Below are positions 24,196 to 35,074 of a stretch of 64,000 nt of DNA, piece after piece. The position numbers were made by a program, and so were the translations under genes. Each line of letters begins with the position of its first letter. The stretch's first letter is position 1. Where the stretch lies: contig CAVXTM010000005.1 of NCBI GenBank assembly GCA_963764725.1, positions 101,009 through 165,008 of the forward strand, given 5' to 3'. The notes beneath the pieces were generated by a model that saw only the letters and a program-made list of their open reading frames with translations, did no database searches and was not told the DNA's origin. The stretch is from an uncultured Gammaproteobacteria bacterium. Its GTDB lineage: Bacteria > Pseudomonadota > Gammaproteobacteria > JACCXJ01.

Positions 24196-24197
24196 GT

Positions 24198-26863
24198 TTG
24201 CAAAAAGAGCTACAAGCCGAAGGTATTCAGGCGGGGGTGGGGCGGATCAAACGCCTTCGCAAGCAGCTTGGGATATGTTGCAAACAACGGCGTAAGTTCA
24301 AAGCCACAACCCATTCCAACCACCGGCTGGCGGTTGCAGAGAACCTCCTCGATCAGAATTTTGCAGCGACTCGGCCTAACCAGATCTGGGTCGCCGACAT
24401 CAGCTATGTGCCGACCGATGAGGGCTGGTTATACCTCGCTGCCCTCAAGGACCTCTACACCTGCGAGATCGTCGGCAGAGCGCTCTCGGAACGCATGAGC
24501 AAGGAGCTGGTGGGCCGGGCGCTGATCCAGGCGATTGCGGCCAAACGCCCAGCGGCAGGACTGATTCATCATTCTGATCGAGGCCGTCAATACTGCTCGC
24601 ATGACTACCGGAAACTCCTCGAGCAATTTGGCATGAAAGCTTCCATGAGCCGCAAAGGCAACTGCTACGACAATGCCCCGGTGGAGAGTTTCTTCGGCAC
24701 GTTAAAGACCGAGCTCGTTTATCATCGGCGCTACCAGACGCGTCGCCAGGCCGTGGCCGAGATCACGGAGTACATCGACCTCTTTTACAATCGCCAGCGG
24801 CGGCATTCGAAACTCGGTTATCTTTCGCCAATGGCTTTCATGATAAAATACTGGGAGAAACGACAGGCAGCTTAAACCGATCTTCTTTCGGAGTCTCAGC
24901 GTAATGCCATGATAATACATAGTAAATTAAAAAATCATAATTCTGCTACTGGGTACATCGTTACACTTTTACGCCCAGGAGTTTGAAGGCATGGCGTTGT
25001 AAGGTGGTGGGCCGAGTGATCTGATCGAAGGGCGCTGCGCCTTGGAGTTTGGGTTGAATACGGTTCTTGGTGATGGTGGCGAGATCGGCCAAAAGTGTTT
25101 GGAAGCTGTGCACCGGGAGACCCTCTTCGGTGCGTCGCGTGTGGGCCTTCTGTTCGGCCTTGGGGGAGACTTTCGCCGGGGCAACGATGGAGGCACGTTG
25201 TTTATCGGCGCTCGGTTTATCGTCATCGTCAAAGAGCAGTGGTGCAAGCGCCTTGCGCAGATGCCACTCCAGGTAATAGGCCAGCATGCAGAGGAAGACA
25301 TGCGCACGGACGCGATCGGCGAGGTAGTGGTAGATAGGCCGGACTTTCAGATCGACGCTTTTGTAGCTACGGAAGGCCCGTTCGACATGCGCGAGATCCT
25401 TATAGGCACGTACGGTCTGCGCGCTCTCAAGCATCTCTTTGGGCACACTCGTACGGAGGACGTAGATCCCATCGAGCGCGGCTTCCTCGTGGATGCGCTG
25501 GGTATCGCGCTCATAGGCAAAACGCTCCTCGGAGATAGCAAGCTTAAAATGCTTAGCCATCTTGAATCGGCCGATGACTTTGCCCACCCGCAGCCCGATC
25601 TGCGCTTGACCTTTCAAGGCACGTTGGGCTCTTTGGGTAGCGGCGACGATCTGATTAAGTTCGCGCTCGGTGGCCTGTAAGAGCGACTCGCGTTGTTGCG
25701 CGCGTGCTTCGGCCAAGAGGGGATTCTTACAGACGATGAGTCGTTCAGCGGGATAGGCGGAACTGGTGATCTCGGCCAAGTCCTGCGCATCGAAAATCGA
25801 GAGCTGGATATCTTTCGCCTCGACCAACGCACGGATAGCCGGTGCCCGCAACGCCGTGATCCAATCCACGCCTTCGAGGGGCTTGAGGTCCTCTCGGATC
25901 CGCGCTTCGGTCATCATCCCCCGATCACCCACCAACACGATCCGCGTCAGCCCAAAGCGCGTGCGCAGCTTCTCGATTTGGGCCCCGAGCGTCTTCGGAT
26001 CGGCGGTATTGCCCTCGAAGACCTCCACGGCGATGGGACAGCCTTCGCGATTGCATAAAAGACCAAAGACGATCTGCAGTTTATCTTGCTTCCCGTCACG
26101 GGAATAGCCCAAGCGGGCGAGTGGACAGCACTGACCTTCAAAATAGGTAGAGCTCACATCGTAGAGCACGAGCGCGCCGTCGTGGAGATGTTGCTCGGCG
26201 ATTGTCCTTTCGATCTCTCCCTGCCGTGCTTGCAGCCAATCCATCGCGGCGTACAAGTCTTCGGCTTGCGCTGATTCGACCTCGAGCGCTTCCCCCAAGC
26301 TCGTTGCGGCGCTCTCTTCCCCGAAGCCGCGCGCGGTGGCGAGCTTCGATCGGGGATCGAGCAGACGCGCGACGATCATCGCGACGACACGATCCCGTTC
26401 TGGAGATCGCTTGGGGGCGATGAGCTTCTCCAGCCCAAGCTTACGGAGCGTGCCGAGCACGGCGGCGACATGTCCATGCGGCAGTGAGCGGACGATGTCG
26501 AAGCTCTCCTCGAAGTGTTTGATGACCGTGCCTCCCTGAAGGAGGGTACGCAGGCCCTCGACGAGGTGTGCGGGCCAGTCGGTGAGGTTGGCGAGGGTAC
26601 GTTTGAGGACGCGCTTGCCCTCGCGGTAGGACTCCCGCAGGAGAATGGCCGGTGGGGAGTTACGGTTGGGGACTTTCTCCACGTACATGGCCACGCACTG
26701 TACCACGTACAACGCTGATAAACAAGCCTATATGCCAACTATACATGGGTACACAATGAGGCACAATAAAGCTTTTATATTAATCTACTCATATGGATAG
26801 AGATAAAATCATCAAGAAGATCGGCTTAAACGTCATGGCGTCCACCATTGACAACCGACCTCA
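24198..26863 (+). mobile_element. IS3-family element 3' part (orfB 24198-24875; right end 26831-26863), interrupted by IS1634
   Basis: WVADISY, HSDRG.QY, CYDNA.VESFF, YN..R.HS.LGY.SP; terminus GTCCACCATTGACAACCGACCTCA. Confidence 0.88.
24877..26824 (-). mobile_element. IS1634-family element, intact (transposase 24961-26688)
   Basis: 11-bp TIR CCGATCTTCTT; 6-bp TSD CTTAAA (24871-24876, 26825-26830); LYDVSSTYFEG, GYSRDG, GDRGM, VERAFR. Confidence 0.95.
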
Positions 26864-27241
26864 CACAGCTCAGAACACCCGAGCGTGTTGCGCTCGCTCA
26901 ACGAGTGATTCTCTTAAGGGGGAAACCCAACATCATCAATCAATCATATTTCTTCCACGCCCTCAAGTCGGAGATGGTCCAAAATCAACTGACGGAAATA
27001 TTGATAAATCCACACTCTCCATATGGACCATCTTTATTAACCCATTGCCCGCTAGGTTGTAACTCGAATTTCTGCTCGTACATATTTGTCCATATGGAGC
27101 ATGTCTTAGACTCTTGGTCTAACTGTATATCGACCATAACACGAAGATTTTTTTTGGATGGGTCATCACAGAATTTTAGCATGGCATTCATAAGCCTATT
27201 TGTCTCTTCTATCTGCTCTTTGGGTAATTTATCCTTATTAG

Positions 27242-28860
27242 TCACTTATCAATGAACTGTTAACAGAATTGGCGAAGAATTGGTCAATTCGCATGCGCCA
27301 ACGCGGGTACGATCTGAAATTGTGTCAGCGAGCATGCGGCGGGGATCGCCGCGCGTCCCAAGCGCGTGAGGTAGTAGCGGTAGGTTTGGGCGGCGCGTTT
27401 GATCACCCCGAGCACGCGAAGTCGATGCAATTGCCGCGACAGACTGGCCGCACTCAACTCAGGCAAGAATGGCTTCACATCGGCGCGGCGTATGCCGCGG
27501 ATGTTGAACTCACCTCGCTGCAGGGCGCGCAACAACGCTTGCTCGGTAGGGTTGAAGAAGTTCAGCCCCTTGAACGTGCGCTCAGCGTTCTGCTTGGACT
27601 CGCTCAATCGCGCCAAGTCACGCGCGCCGCGGGAGGTGTCCTCCAAGGCGGAGAGGAACTCCAGGTAGCGGCGGTTACACGCGGCGAGGATCTCGCGCAA
27701 GTCGATAAGACTGTAGATCGTCTTTTTCAACGGCGCGACTTCTCGGGTACTGTACCCGTTGCGATGTTCCACCCGGCGGTGGTGCTTGAAGAAGGAGACA
27801 TCATTCACTGTGGTTTCCAACCGCAGCACACGACGGAATTTGTCGTACATCTTCACGCCGACCTTGCCCAGGCGGTGTTTGATGCACGTGCCCTCGATGC
27901 GGGTGGCAAAGCGGCTGCCGAGCTCCTGGGCAAGTTGCGGGGTGATCTTCTTGCCCAGAAAGGTAGCTACCTGCTCGGCCCTGACGGCCAGCACCGCCTG
28001 GCGGGAGAGTTGTTCGTAGAGCGGCCCGAGCGTCGTCTCGGAGCGGAAGATGAGATCCGTGGAATACTCCACCTGCATCAGACTCCAGTGATAGCGCTGC
28101 CGGAACTCATCGAGCACCGGGCAGCACAGCCCCGCGTAATGATCCAGCCGCCGATGCAGCTCCTTGGGGGCCAAGCCATCGGCCAGGCGCTGCGCATGAT
28201 CGAGATCGGAGAGGCTCAGGAAGGCATTGTCGGCCACGGTGAACTCGATACCGGCCGCCGTCAGCTTTCTCGCCAGCCAACCGTGACCGTTGCAGTAGAA
28301 TTGCAGCCGAAACGGGCACCAGGTCGGCACGCGCAGGTAACAGAGCCCCAGCTTCTCGTCGATGAAATAGAAGTAGTAGTGCAGGCACTTGCCCGAGTCG
28401 GGTTTGAGAAAGGTCTTGCCCGTTGTCTTATCGTGCCAAGGCTTGTAGCTCTCGCACGCCTCCATCGCCGAGAGAATGTGCACCAGCCCCGGATGCTCAC
28501 CGCGTGCTTGGAGCACCTTGGCTACGACCGCCTCCTTGCGGATGTGGGCCTTGGCAATGTGTTCAATCTCCACCCCGGCCGCCGCCAGTTCCTGAGCCCG
28601 CGTGCGGATCCGCTCGCGCAGCGGCTCGGCAAACTTCGTGTAGTCAAAGATCCGAACCCCGCGAGCATACAAAAAGCTCGTCATCCCCTGGGCATAGCAA
28701 ACACCCGGCAGGGTACCGGTGATGACAATCCGATCATAACAAGACAACGTCCCCACCATGCGTTCTCGGTAACGCTCCGTCAGTGTCTGCGTCATCGTCG
28801 CCTCCGCTCGTGTGAACGTCGTCCCAATACTTTACCCTGTTTGGTTCCGGCTGTGCCGGC
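27242..28860 (-). mobile_element. Unclassified single-gene mobile element without TIRs
   Basis: TTAG direct repeat at 27238-27241 and 28861-28864; sharp GC shift; hairpin CCGGC-ACA-GCCGG at the 5' end. Confidence 0.85.
27284..28795 (-). CDS. 503-aa putative transposase with Rep_trans-like motifs and a probable C-terminal winged helix
   Basis: GGAGG RBS; QVEYSTD (241-247), KMYDK (Y317), LRLE (R325/E327); C-terminal LSRQLHRLRVLGVI...YYLT.LG. Confidence 0.8.
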   Translation of the reverse strand: MTQTLTERYRERMVGTLSCYDRIVITGTLPGVCYAQGMTSFLYARGVRIFDYTKFAEPLRERIRTRAQELAAAGVEIEHIAKAHIRKEAVVAKVLQARGEHPGLVHILSAMEACESYKPWHDKTTGKTFLKPDSGKCLHYYFYFIDEKLGLCYLRVPTWCPFRLQFYCNGHGWLARKLTAAGIEFTVADNAFLSLSDLDHAQRLADGLAPKELHRRLDHYAGLCCPVLDEFRQRYHWSLMQVEYSTDLIFRSETTLGPLYEQLSRQAVLAVRAEQVATFLGKKITPQLAQELGSRFATRIEGTCIKHRLGKVGVKMYDKFRRVLRLETTVNDVSFFKHHRRVEHRNGYSTREVAPLKKTIYSLIDLREILAACNRRYLEFLSALEDTSRGARDLARLSESKQNAERTFKGLNFFNPTEQALLRALQRGEFNIRGIRRADVKPFLPELSAASLSRQLHRLRVLGVIKRAAQTYRYYLTRLGRAAIPAACSLTQFQIVPALAHAN

Positions 28861-29220
28861 TTAGGAAGGTTACGCATGGACTCTTTTATTTTATTTTTAT
28901 CCTTACACATCTCGCCCTCTGCGAAACTCCTCAGATCTTTTTTCCCCTCATCAAGCCGTTTTTTCTTCTCTTCTTCTAATTTTGTCGGATCCAAACGTCT
29001 GCGAACCATGACCTGAGAAATCTGGCAGCTCATGTGAAGCTTATCTTTCTGGCAAACAGCCGAAATTGCGCTAGTTTCACCAAGATCCTGATTCGTTAAT
29101 GCGGATATTCGCACTTCCTTAGCTGCGGCTAAAGAAGTTACCAATATGATCGTAAAAAATCCGCCTCCTAAACAGCGCATTACCACCCTACTGCTCCATC
29201 TCATTCCCGGTTGACCTAAC

Positions 29221-30908
29221 GAGTCTGTCGAAAAACCCGTTTATGGGCCGGTGTTTTCACCGTTACGAATAGTGTGGGCATGAATTGCAACTCGGCATGG
29301 TAGCTTACTTGCCCTAAACACCAAGGGATCACGATCGCGCCCCATTCTGATCGCCCGATCTCCACCGTCGTTAACCTCATCGGGGTGCATAGCGATGGAT
29401 CTTCCCAAGGTTGTGCACCAGGCAGAAGAGTAGCCACTGGGTGTTGACCTTGCGTTTACCGCGCAGGGTGAAGCGATTGAGTCCGAGCATCCTGGTGATA
29501 TTGGCAAAGACCGGTTCCACTGTCCCAAGCCGCCGTCCGTAAATGCTACGCCCCAGGGCCGAGTCGATTTTGCGTTTCATTTTACTGGTGAAGGTTTCGG
29601 GCCGATTCGGGGCTTGGCCACTGAAAAAATACACCTGTCGCACCTCGCTCCGGTCGGGATGCTTCAAACACTGGGCTCTCAGGTGACAGGGACGGCAGGC
29701 CCTTTTAGGGGCGCAGAATTTCACGGCTTGATAACCATTAACGACCACATTGCTCCCGTTACGATAGAGCTTCTTGCCCGCAGGACAGATACAAAGTTGC
29801 CGCTCGGGATCGTAATGAAAATCGTGGTTGCTGAATAAGACCCCGCCGTTTTTCCTCCGCGCCTCACGCTGTTCCTGACGATGCCGCTCCTTATACCGCA
29901 AGGCACCCGCAAAGCGGGGATCGCGTCTCCGGAACAGGATATCGGCCACATACCCATCGATCCCATCCTCGAATAAGCGCTTCATATTGGCTTCGGTATG
30001 AAACCCCGCATCGGCCGTGAGCGTGGTGTCCTCGAAGATGTCTCGATCCGAGCCCATCGCTTGAAAGTTCTCCCGCGTCCCTTCGATCATCGGCACCAGC
30101 AAATCGTGCTCTTGGGCTTCCCCAAAGGCCTCGGCATGCACCACGATCTGATGCTTGCCATCCACCGTGGCCACCCCATCGTAACCCTGGATGACCCCAT
30201 GGGCGGATTTGCTCTTCTTGGGCTTCCCGCCCTTGCCGGGCTTATCCTCGTTGTGGTCCACCCAGCGTTTGATCTTCTTAACCTTCTCACGCAGCGTCTT
30301 AAGCTGCTTTTCTTCCCGCTCAACCAGCGAGACAGCCTCGTCGCTTTTATCCCGTTCCCGATGCCTCTTGAGCAAATACCGTATGGCAGCTTCCATCTTC
30401 TGTTTCTTCTTCTCAAACTCCGCCCGCGTGCCACTCCATTCCTTCGAAGCATTTGAGGGCAGCTTGCAGCCGTCAATGGCAAAGAGTTCCTTGCCGATCA
30501 AGCCCACCTCATCACAATACAAAAGCACATCCCGAAATAAGACCGAAACCTCTTCACTCATCGAGGAGATAAATCCGGCAAGGGTGCTGAAATGCGGCTG
30601 GGTATCGGCACTCAAGGCCATGAAAATAACGTTCTCCCGGCAACAGCGCTCAATCTCGCGGCTGGAAATAATTCCCCGCGCATAAGCGTACAGAATGATC
30701 TTTAACAGTATCGCCGGATCATAGGCCGGTGCCCCCGTCTCCTCGTTACGGTAACGTGTTTCGAATACCGAGAGATCCACCTCGTGGTCAATCAGGTAAT
30801 TCAACGTGTATTCGAAGGTGCCCGGGAGAATCTGCTCCCGAAAGGCAATCGGGAGGAGTTTATGCTGATCGTAGGGACAACCTACAAAAAGGGTTTTTCG
30901 ACAGCTTC
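29221..30908 (-). mobile_element. IS1182-family element (transposase ~29377-30860) inserted in an attC site
   Basis: TIR GAG(T/A)..CTGTCGAAAAACCC; AAC duplicated at 29218-29220 and 30909-30911; GAPAYDP, IDG.K, ADAGF, VEPVF. Confidence 0.9.
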
Positions 30909-30969
30909 AACGTGCCGGTTCAGGCGCGCGCCGCTTCCGGCGCGTCAACCTGGAACCGGGGGTTTAGGT
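30909..30969 (-). other. attC site, completed by 29214-29217 once the IS is removed
   Basis: Rebuilt minus strand ACCTAAAC-CCC-CCGGTTCCAGG..GCGCCG/CGGCGC..CCTGAACCGG-CAC-GTTAGGT, with one unpaired base in the L box. Confidence 0.8.
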
Positions 30970-31009
30970 GGCATCCTGAAATTGTGCAAGGCATTCATCC
31001 TTCGGGCTA

Positions 31010-31486
31010 TTAGCGATTTGCACGGACATAGTCCGCAGCAAAGCCTGTGATCAGAGCATCCAGAGATTGCTGCAGAGTGGTTCTGGAAACATCACCAAAC
31101 TGAGCCCGCAAGTCCCACCAGACCGGAGCGAATACGTCTTCACCGGAATCCCGAAGTCCGACCCATCTGTACAACGATAGTACGAGTACGGCGCCGCGGT
31201 CAGTTGTCATCACCCCCAGTTCAAGCCACGCAACGCTTGGTGAACTGGTTGAATCCGATACGCTGATCGCCGGAACATTTCGGGCCAATCCGACCCTTAC
31301 CATTTCGCCCCATTCCTTGACGGTGGCAACCTCTTTGTAAGTGTTGGGTCGTAGTACAACGGCGAGGGAGCGAAGCCCCTTCAGTGCGCTCACCCTGCTT
31401 GCGGCCAGTGCATCTTGGCCGAGGCATGGTTCGGCGCGCATGATGAATCCTGCAAGGAGAGCGATAACTAGGAACGATCTTCTCAT
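31010..31486 (-). CDS. Secreted hypothetical protein (gene cassette)
   Basis: GAGG RBS, signal peptide MRRSFLVIALLAGF; attC-like sites on both sides. Confidence 0.75.
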   Translation of the reverse strand: MRRSFLVIALLAGFIMRAEPCLGQDALAASRVSALKGLRSLAVVLRPNTYKEVATVKEWGEMVRVGLARNVPAISVSDSTSSPSVAWLELGVMTTDRGAVLVLSLYRWVGLRDSGEDVFAPVWWDLRAQFGDVSRTTLQQSLDALITGFAADYVRANR

Positions 31487-31520
31487 ATGGGTTGTCCTCT
31501 CATTCCATCCGTCCGTCCAT

Positions 31521-31603
31521 GCCAACGTTCTCGTTGAGGCGCGGAGACGAAGGTGGGAGGGGAGACCACGCTGATCGGCGTCCCCTGCATGCAGAGGTTA
31601 GCC
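31521..31603 (-). other. Degenerate or hybrid attC-like site
   Basis: Minus strand GGCTAAC 3 bp after the upstream stop ... GTTGGCA; arms pair poorly. Confidence 0.5.
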
Positions 31604-31606
31604 GCC

Positions 31607-32272
31607 TTATGACCAGCCGAACTCATGTATGTCTCTCGCACGAGACCGCTTATCGAACGGCACGAGTTCATTGAAACAGTCATCCAAGAAAGCGCCGAGG
31701 ATTCGGAGTTTGGTGAAGTAAGGCGCCTTGCTACCCCACTTGGCTTTGAGGTTCTGAGGGTCACAATCCCATCGGCCATTGCGGATTTCTGGTTTATTAG
31801 GGTCGCCGGCGGAGCCGGTGCTCCACTCACCTTGGCAAGCCTTGCAGTGATCGACCTCCTTCCCACACTCGGCCAGCCACGCTTTCGCGGAAGAGGTTGC
31901 CAGAGATTCGCGCATGAACTCTTCGGTTAAACCACAACTGCTGGATAGTCCGCTGCTAAGAAGCTTCGCCGTAACTGCCTTCAAGAAGGCAGCGTTTGCG
32001 CCCATTCCTTCCCATGGAGATCGAAAGTACGCGGCTCGATACCCGCTCGCAGAGTTGAAGAATAGGTCAAACAAGTCTTTATCGACTTGCACACAGTAGA
32101 TCACCCTAGAGAAGGACCCGGTGGCGTTCATCGAGCTGCGATGGCAACAGAGCACGATCATGCCCGCTGCAATGTCTTTCGCGATTTGTTGGAACGGTAC
32201 AGGTCGCTGAAGCTTGGGCAAGCGCATGGCTTCTTCGGACTGTAGTTCCAGCTTCCAGTTGAGAATGCTCAC
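31607..32272 (-). CDS. Hypothetical protein (gene cassette)
   Basis: 221-aa ORF followed immediately by an R''-like box; no family recognised. Confidence 0.65.
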   Translation of the reverse strand: MSILNWKLELQSEEAMRLPKLQRPVPFQQIAKDIAAGMIVLCCHRSSMNATGSFSRVIYCVQVDKDLFDLFFNSASGYRAAYFRSPWEGMGANAAFLKAVTAKLLSSGLSSSCGLTEEFMRESLATSSAKAWLAECGKEVDHCKACQGEWSTGSAGDPNKPEIRNGRWDCDPQNLKAKWGSKAPYFTKLRILGAFLDDCFNELVPFDKRSRARDIHEFGWS

Positions 32273-32289
32273 GACGACTCCAAAGGCGG

Positions 32290-32903
32290 CTATTTGATAT
32301 CAGGCTGTTGCAACCGCCCTGCATTTCCTGAAGTGGCTGTCTGAACTCCAGATCCCCCACGGGCTCTGAGCCGCACCTCTGAATCGTGCCGATAAGGCCG
32401 GGCTGGCAGGGAAGGATGGCGCGCGATCTTTAATGAAATGCCAGTAGCAAATCGGTAGCAATAGACCATATCGAATGGCGAATCGCCAGTAGCTAAACGC
32501 GGTGTCGAGCGCCTTGCGATCCACGCCATCGAACGCCACATCCCACGCCTTTCGCGTCGGGACCAGCGCCCACGAGGCCGCGTAGAATTCACGCTCGGCG
32601 ATCCGGATTGTGGAAGGTCAACCACGAGGCATCGAGCAGCTCTTCGAGCCCGGGCATGGCGTGGACACCAATGACTCCCAGCTCAGCAACCTGCAGGCTG
32701 CCAAACCGCAGGTGCGGTGCGGCGCCCACGACGATTCGCTCGCGCTCGATCCGCAGCGTCGCGAAGTAGTTGACCAGTCCTTCGTTGAGCCAAAGTGGCA
32801 GGCCGCCGAGCTGTGCGGCCAACCACCAGTGTACGGTCTCGTGCAGCAGCTGCTGGGTAGCATCATCGAGCCGCCCGGTAGCTACCACCAGCGGCTCCGG
32901 CAC
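32290..32903 (-). pseudogene. Zinc-peptidase-like (DUF1570 / peptidase MA) fragment
   Basis: HETVH and P.WLNEGL.NYF motifs; frameshifted, start missing. Confidence 0.6.
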
Positions 32904-33012
32904 CGTGTCTGGTCCCTGTGTTGGTACTCGCCGCCGCTATTCCACTGGTGACACACTGGTGACACGCATGAAAACCCACTATTAAAAATTACCAATAAGC
33001 ATTTGATTTTAT

Positions 33013-33057
33013 TGGCGCGCCCGGAGAGATTCGAACTCCCGACCCCCTGGTTCGTAG
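33013..33057 (-). other. tRNA-Arg(ACG) 3'-half, att-like core
   Basis: Reverse complement CTACGAACCAGGGGGTCGGGAGTTCGAATCTCTCCGGGCGCGCCA; IHF-like TAAGCATTTGATT adjacent. Confidence 0.85.
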
Positions 33058-33997
33058 AAAGATGCTCGTACTGTAACTGATTGTTTTTACTAATGGATGC
33101 CCTGAGCCCGCTGCACACAAAATGTAGAACAGTGTCTAACCATGTCGTACGACGTCCCGCAAAAGTCCCGCGCGCCCAATTCCAAGGACTACACCTACCC
33201 TCCAAGCTTTGTCCCACGTATGACACTTCGCTCCCGCACCCAGCGGCGATAACCATTGCCGGGTGATGGCGGTAGGGTCGAGAGCTGGACAACATAGGGC
33301 GACAAAGCGCAAACCATCCGTAACGAGCGTGCGGCACCATCCCGCGAGCTATAGCAGACAACGTACAAGGTGGCCAAGCAATTCCATTGGCTCAGCGTAC
33401 ACCGAACTCTCACGGTATCGCTAGGGCGCATTCAAGACCTAAAAAATAGGCCGCCGGAGAATTATTGCGTACCACAGGTGGTGGGCTGATGCGGTCGGCG
33501 CGCTCATGATGCTGCCCGTGATCTTCTGGCAAGGCTGGGGGACTTTCGAGGAAGCGCGTGAAGCGGGCGAAGAGCGTCAAGGCTAATCACAACGAACGCC
33601 GATCCCGCGATGATCCTCGGCTTGGTTCTGCCGTCTCTGAGATGTCGGCCTGGAGGCGGCGCCATTACCGGCGCTACAGTGCAGGGTGAACTTGGTCATG
33701 CCCTTCTCTACCCTGGGTGGCAGGATTGCCGTGGAATCAGTGGCAGCCTTCGCGTGGAATGGGTGGTAGCTTCCCTATGGAATCGGTGGCAGGTTTGGCG
33801 TGAATTCCGCGACGAGACACCAGTCGCAGCGGCCGCTACCTCGTTTTCGACCAGTGTCCGGTATCCCTTGCTCGCTTGGTTGCGTGAAAAAAAGTGGCTT
33901 ATCGTCAACGGGCTAGACGGTGTATGACTTAGAGGTTGTCTAATGAAAATCGAATATTAGACAGCGCTTTTCCAAAGGTCGCATAAGTCTTTGATAT

Positions 33998-34047
33998 TGG
34001 TGGGCCCGGTAGGACTCGAACCTACGACCAAGGGATTATGAGTCCCC
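33998..34047 (-). other. tRNA-Ile2/Met(CAT) 3'-half, att-like core
   Basis: Reverse complement GGGGACTCATAATCCCTTGGTCGTAGGTTCGAGTCCTACCGGGCCCACCA; IHF-like TAAGTCTTTGATA; ATTAGACAG repeats on both sides. Confidence 0.85.
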
Positions 34048-34267
34048 ACTACAAAATGACACAACTTACTATTTATAAAATAAAAGTAGGAGGAGAGCTG
34101 TCTAATAATAGGGCCACTTAAGGGTAGATAAGTACCAGTTTTACCGAGATACGAACTTTTTTATTAGACAGATTACATAGGTCGGCTCTTGTGATCGCTC
34201 CGCGACTTCGTGACCCAAAGCGGCAAGCGCCCCCGCATCGCTTGTTCCGGAATAGCTCTCGTTGAAT

Positions 34268-34287
34268 ATCGTACAGATAAGTACGAT
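34268..34287. promoter_or_regulatory. Probable HicB operator palindrome
   Basis: ATCGTAC-AGATAA-GTACGAT directly upstream of hicA. Confidence 0.55.
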
Positions 34288-34297
34288 AATTGTCGAT

Positions 34298-34516
34298 GTG
34301 ACAGGAGCGGAGTTTATCCGGCGGGTTCGCAAACTCGGTAAGACCCGCGGAATACCGGTCCGATTTGAGGCCCGCATCGGTAAAGGAAGTCACGGCCGTT
34401 TGTATTATGGTGATCGCTTCACGACGGTTAAGGACCGTAAGAAGGACATTGGGCCGGGATTGCTCCATGCGATGCTGGCACAACTTGGCGTGTCGGAAGA
34501 CGACATTACAGTTTGA
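34298..34516 (+). CDS. hicA: HicA-family toxin
   Basis: 72 aa, GKGSH motif; directly upstream of a HicB-like gene. Confidence 0.85.
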   Translation: MTGAEFIRRVRKLGKTRGIPVRFEARIGKGSHGRLYYGDRFTTVKDRKKDIGPGLLHAMLAQLGVSEDDITV

Positions 34517-34525
34517 GGGGGTGCG

Positions 34526-34957
34526 ATGGAGTATTGTTATCCGGCGAAATTAACACCCGACAACCGAGGGAACCTTACGGTAACCTTCCGAGACATTCCC
34601 GAGGCGTTGACCGAAGGGCGTAATGAGCGCGACGCGTTACGGGAGGGCATTGAATGTTTAGTCGCGGCATTGGGCGGTTACGTGAATGAGCGTCGCGAGA
34701 TTCCGCGGCCGTCCCGCCCGCCTCGTGGTGAGCGTTTGGTTTGCCTCCCTCCGCTCGTGGCAGCCAAGATCGCACTCTACCGCGCCATGACGGAGAGTGG
34801 TTTGACGCGCGTGGGCTTAGGAAAGAAGCTCAACCTGAGCGAAGGGGCCATTAGACGGTTGGTCGACCTCGACCATCGTTCTCATATTGGGCAAATTGAA
34901 GCCGCCCTGGCCGTACTCGGTAAACGCTTAGTTGTTGATATCCAGGACGCTGCCTAA
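34526..34957 (+). CDS. hicB: HicB-family antitoxin
   Basis: YPA, VTFRDIPEALTEG, IP.PS, C-terminal HTH. Confidence 0.9.
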   Translation: MEYCYPAKLTPDNRGNLTVTFRDIPEALTEGRNERDALREGIECLVAALGGYVNERREIPRPSRPPRGERLVCLPPLVAAKIALYRAMTESGLTRVGLGKKLNLSEGAIRRLVDLDHRSHIGQIEAALAVLGKRLVVDIQDAA

Positions 34958-35074
34958 TTCATCGAGGGAACGACGCCCAGGCTATTTTACCAGTGCCGCC
35001 TTTCGGTGCTTGTTAGGTACCAGGGCATAAGTGCACCCATGTTCCATGGGAACTCTCTTTCTCGTGCCTCACCC

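Larger units (their letters stand above)
26985..29204 (-). pseudogene. Low-GC secreted Cys-containing cassette gene split by the 27242-28860 element
   Basis: Removing the insert plus one CTAA gives in-frame ...ESMRNLP-NKDKLPKEQ... (~198 aa). Confidence 0.85.

Noticed and set aside
27269-28864. 531-aa plus-strand ORF spanning the novel element
   Set aside because: Antisense shadow of the GC-rich 503-aa gene with no motifs; the same applies to other long antisense ORFs such as 713-1642.
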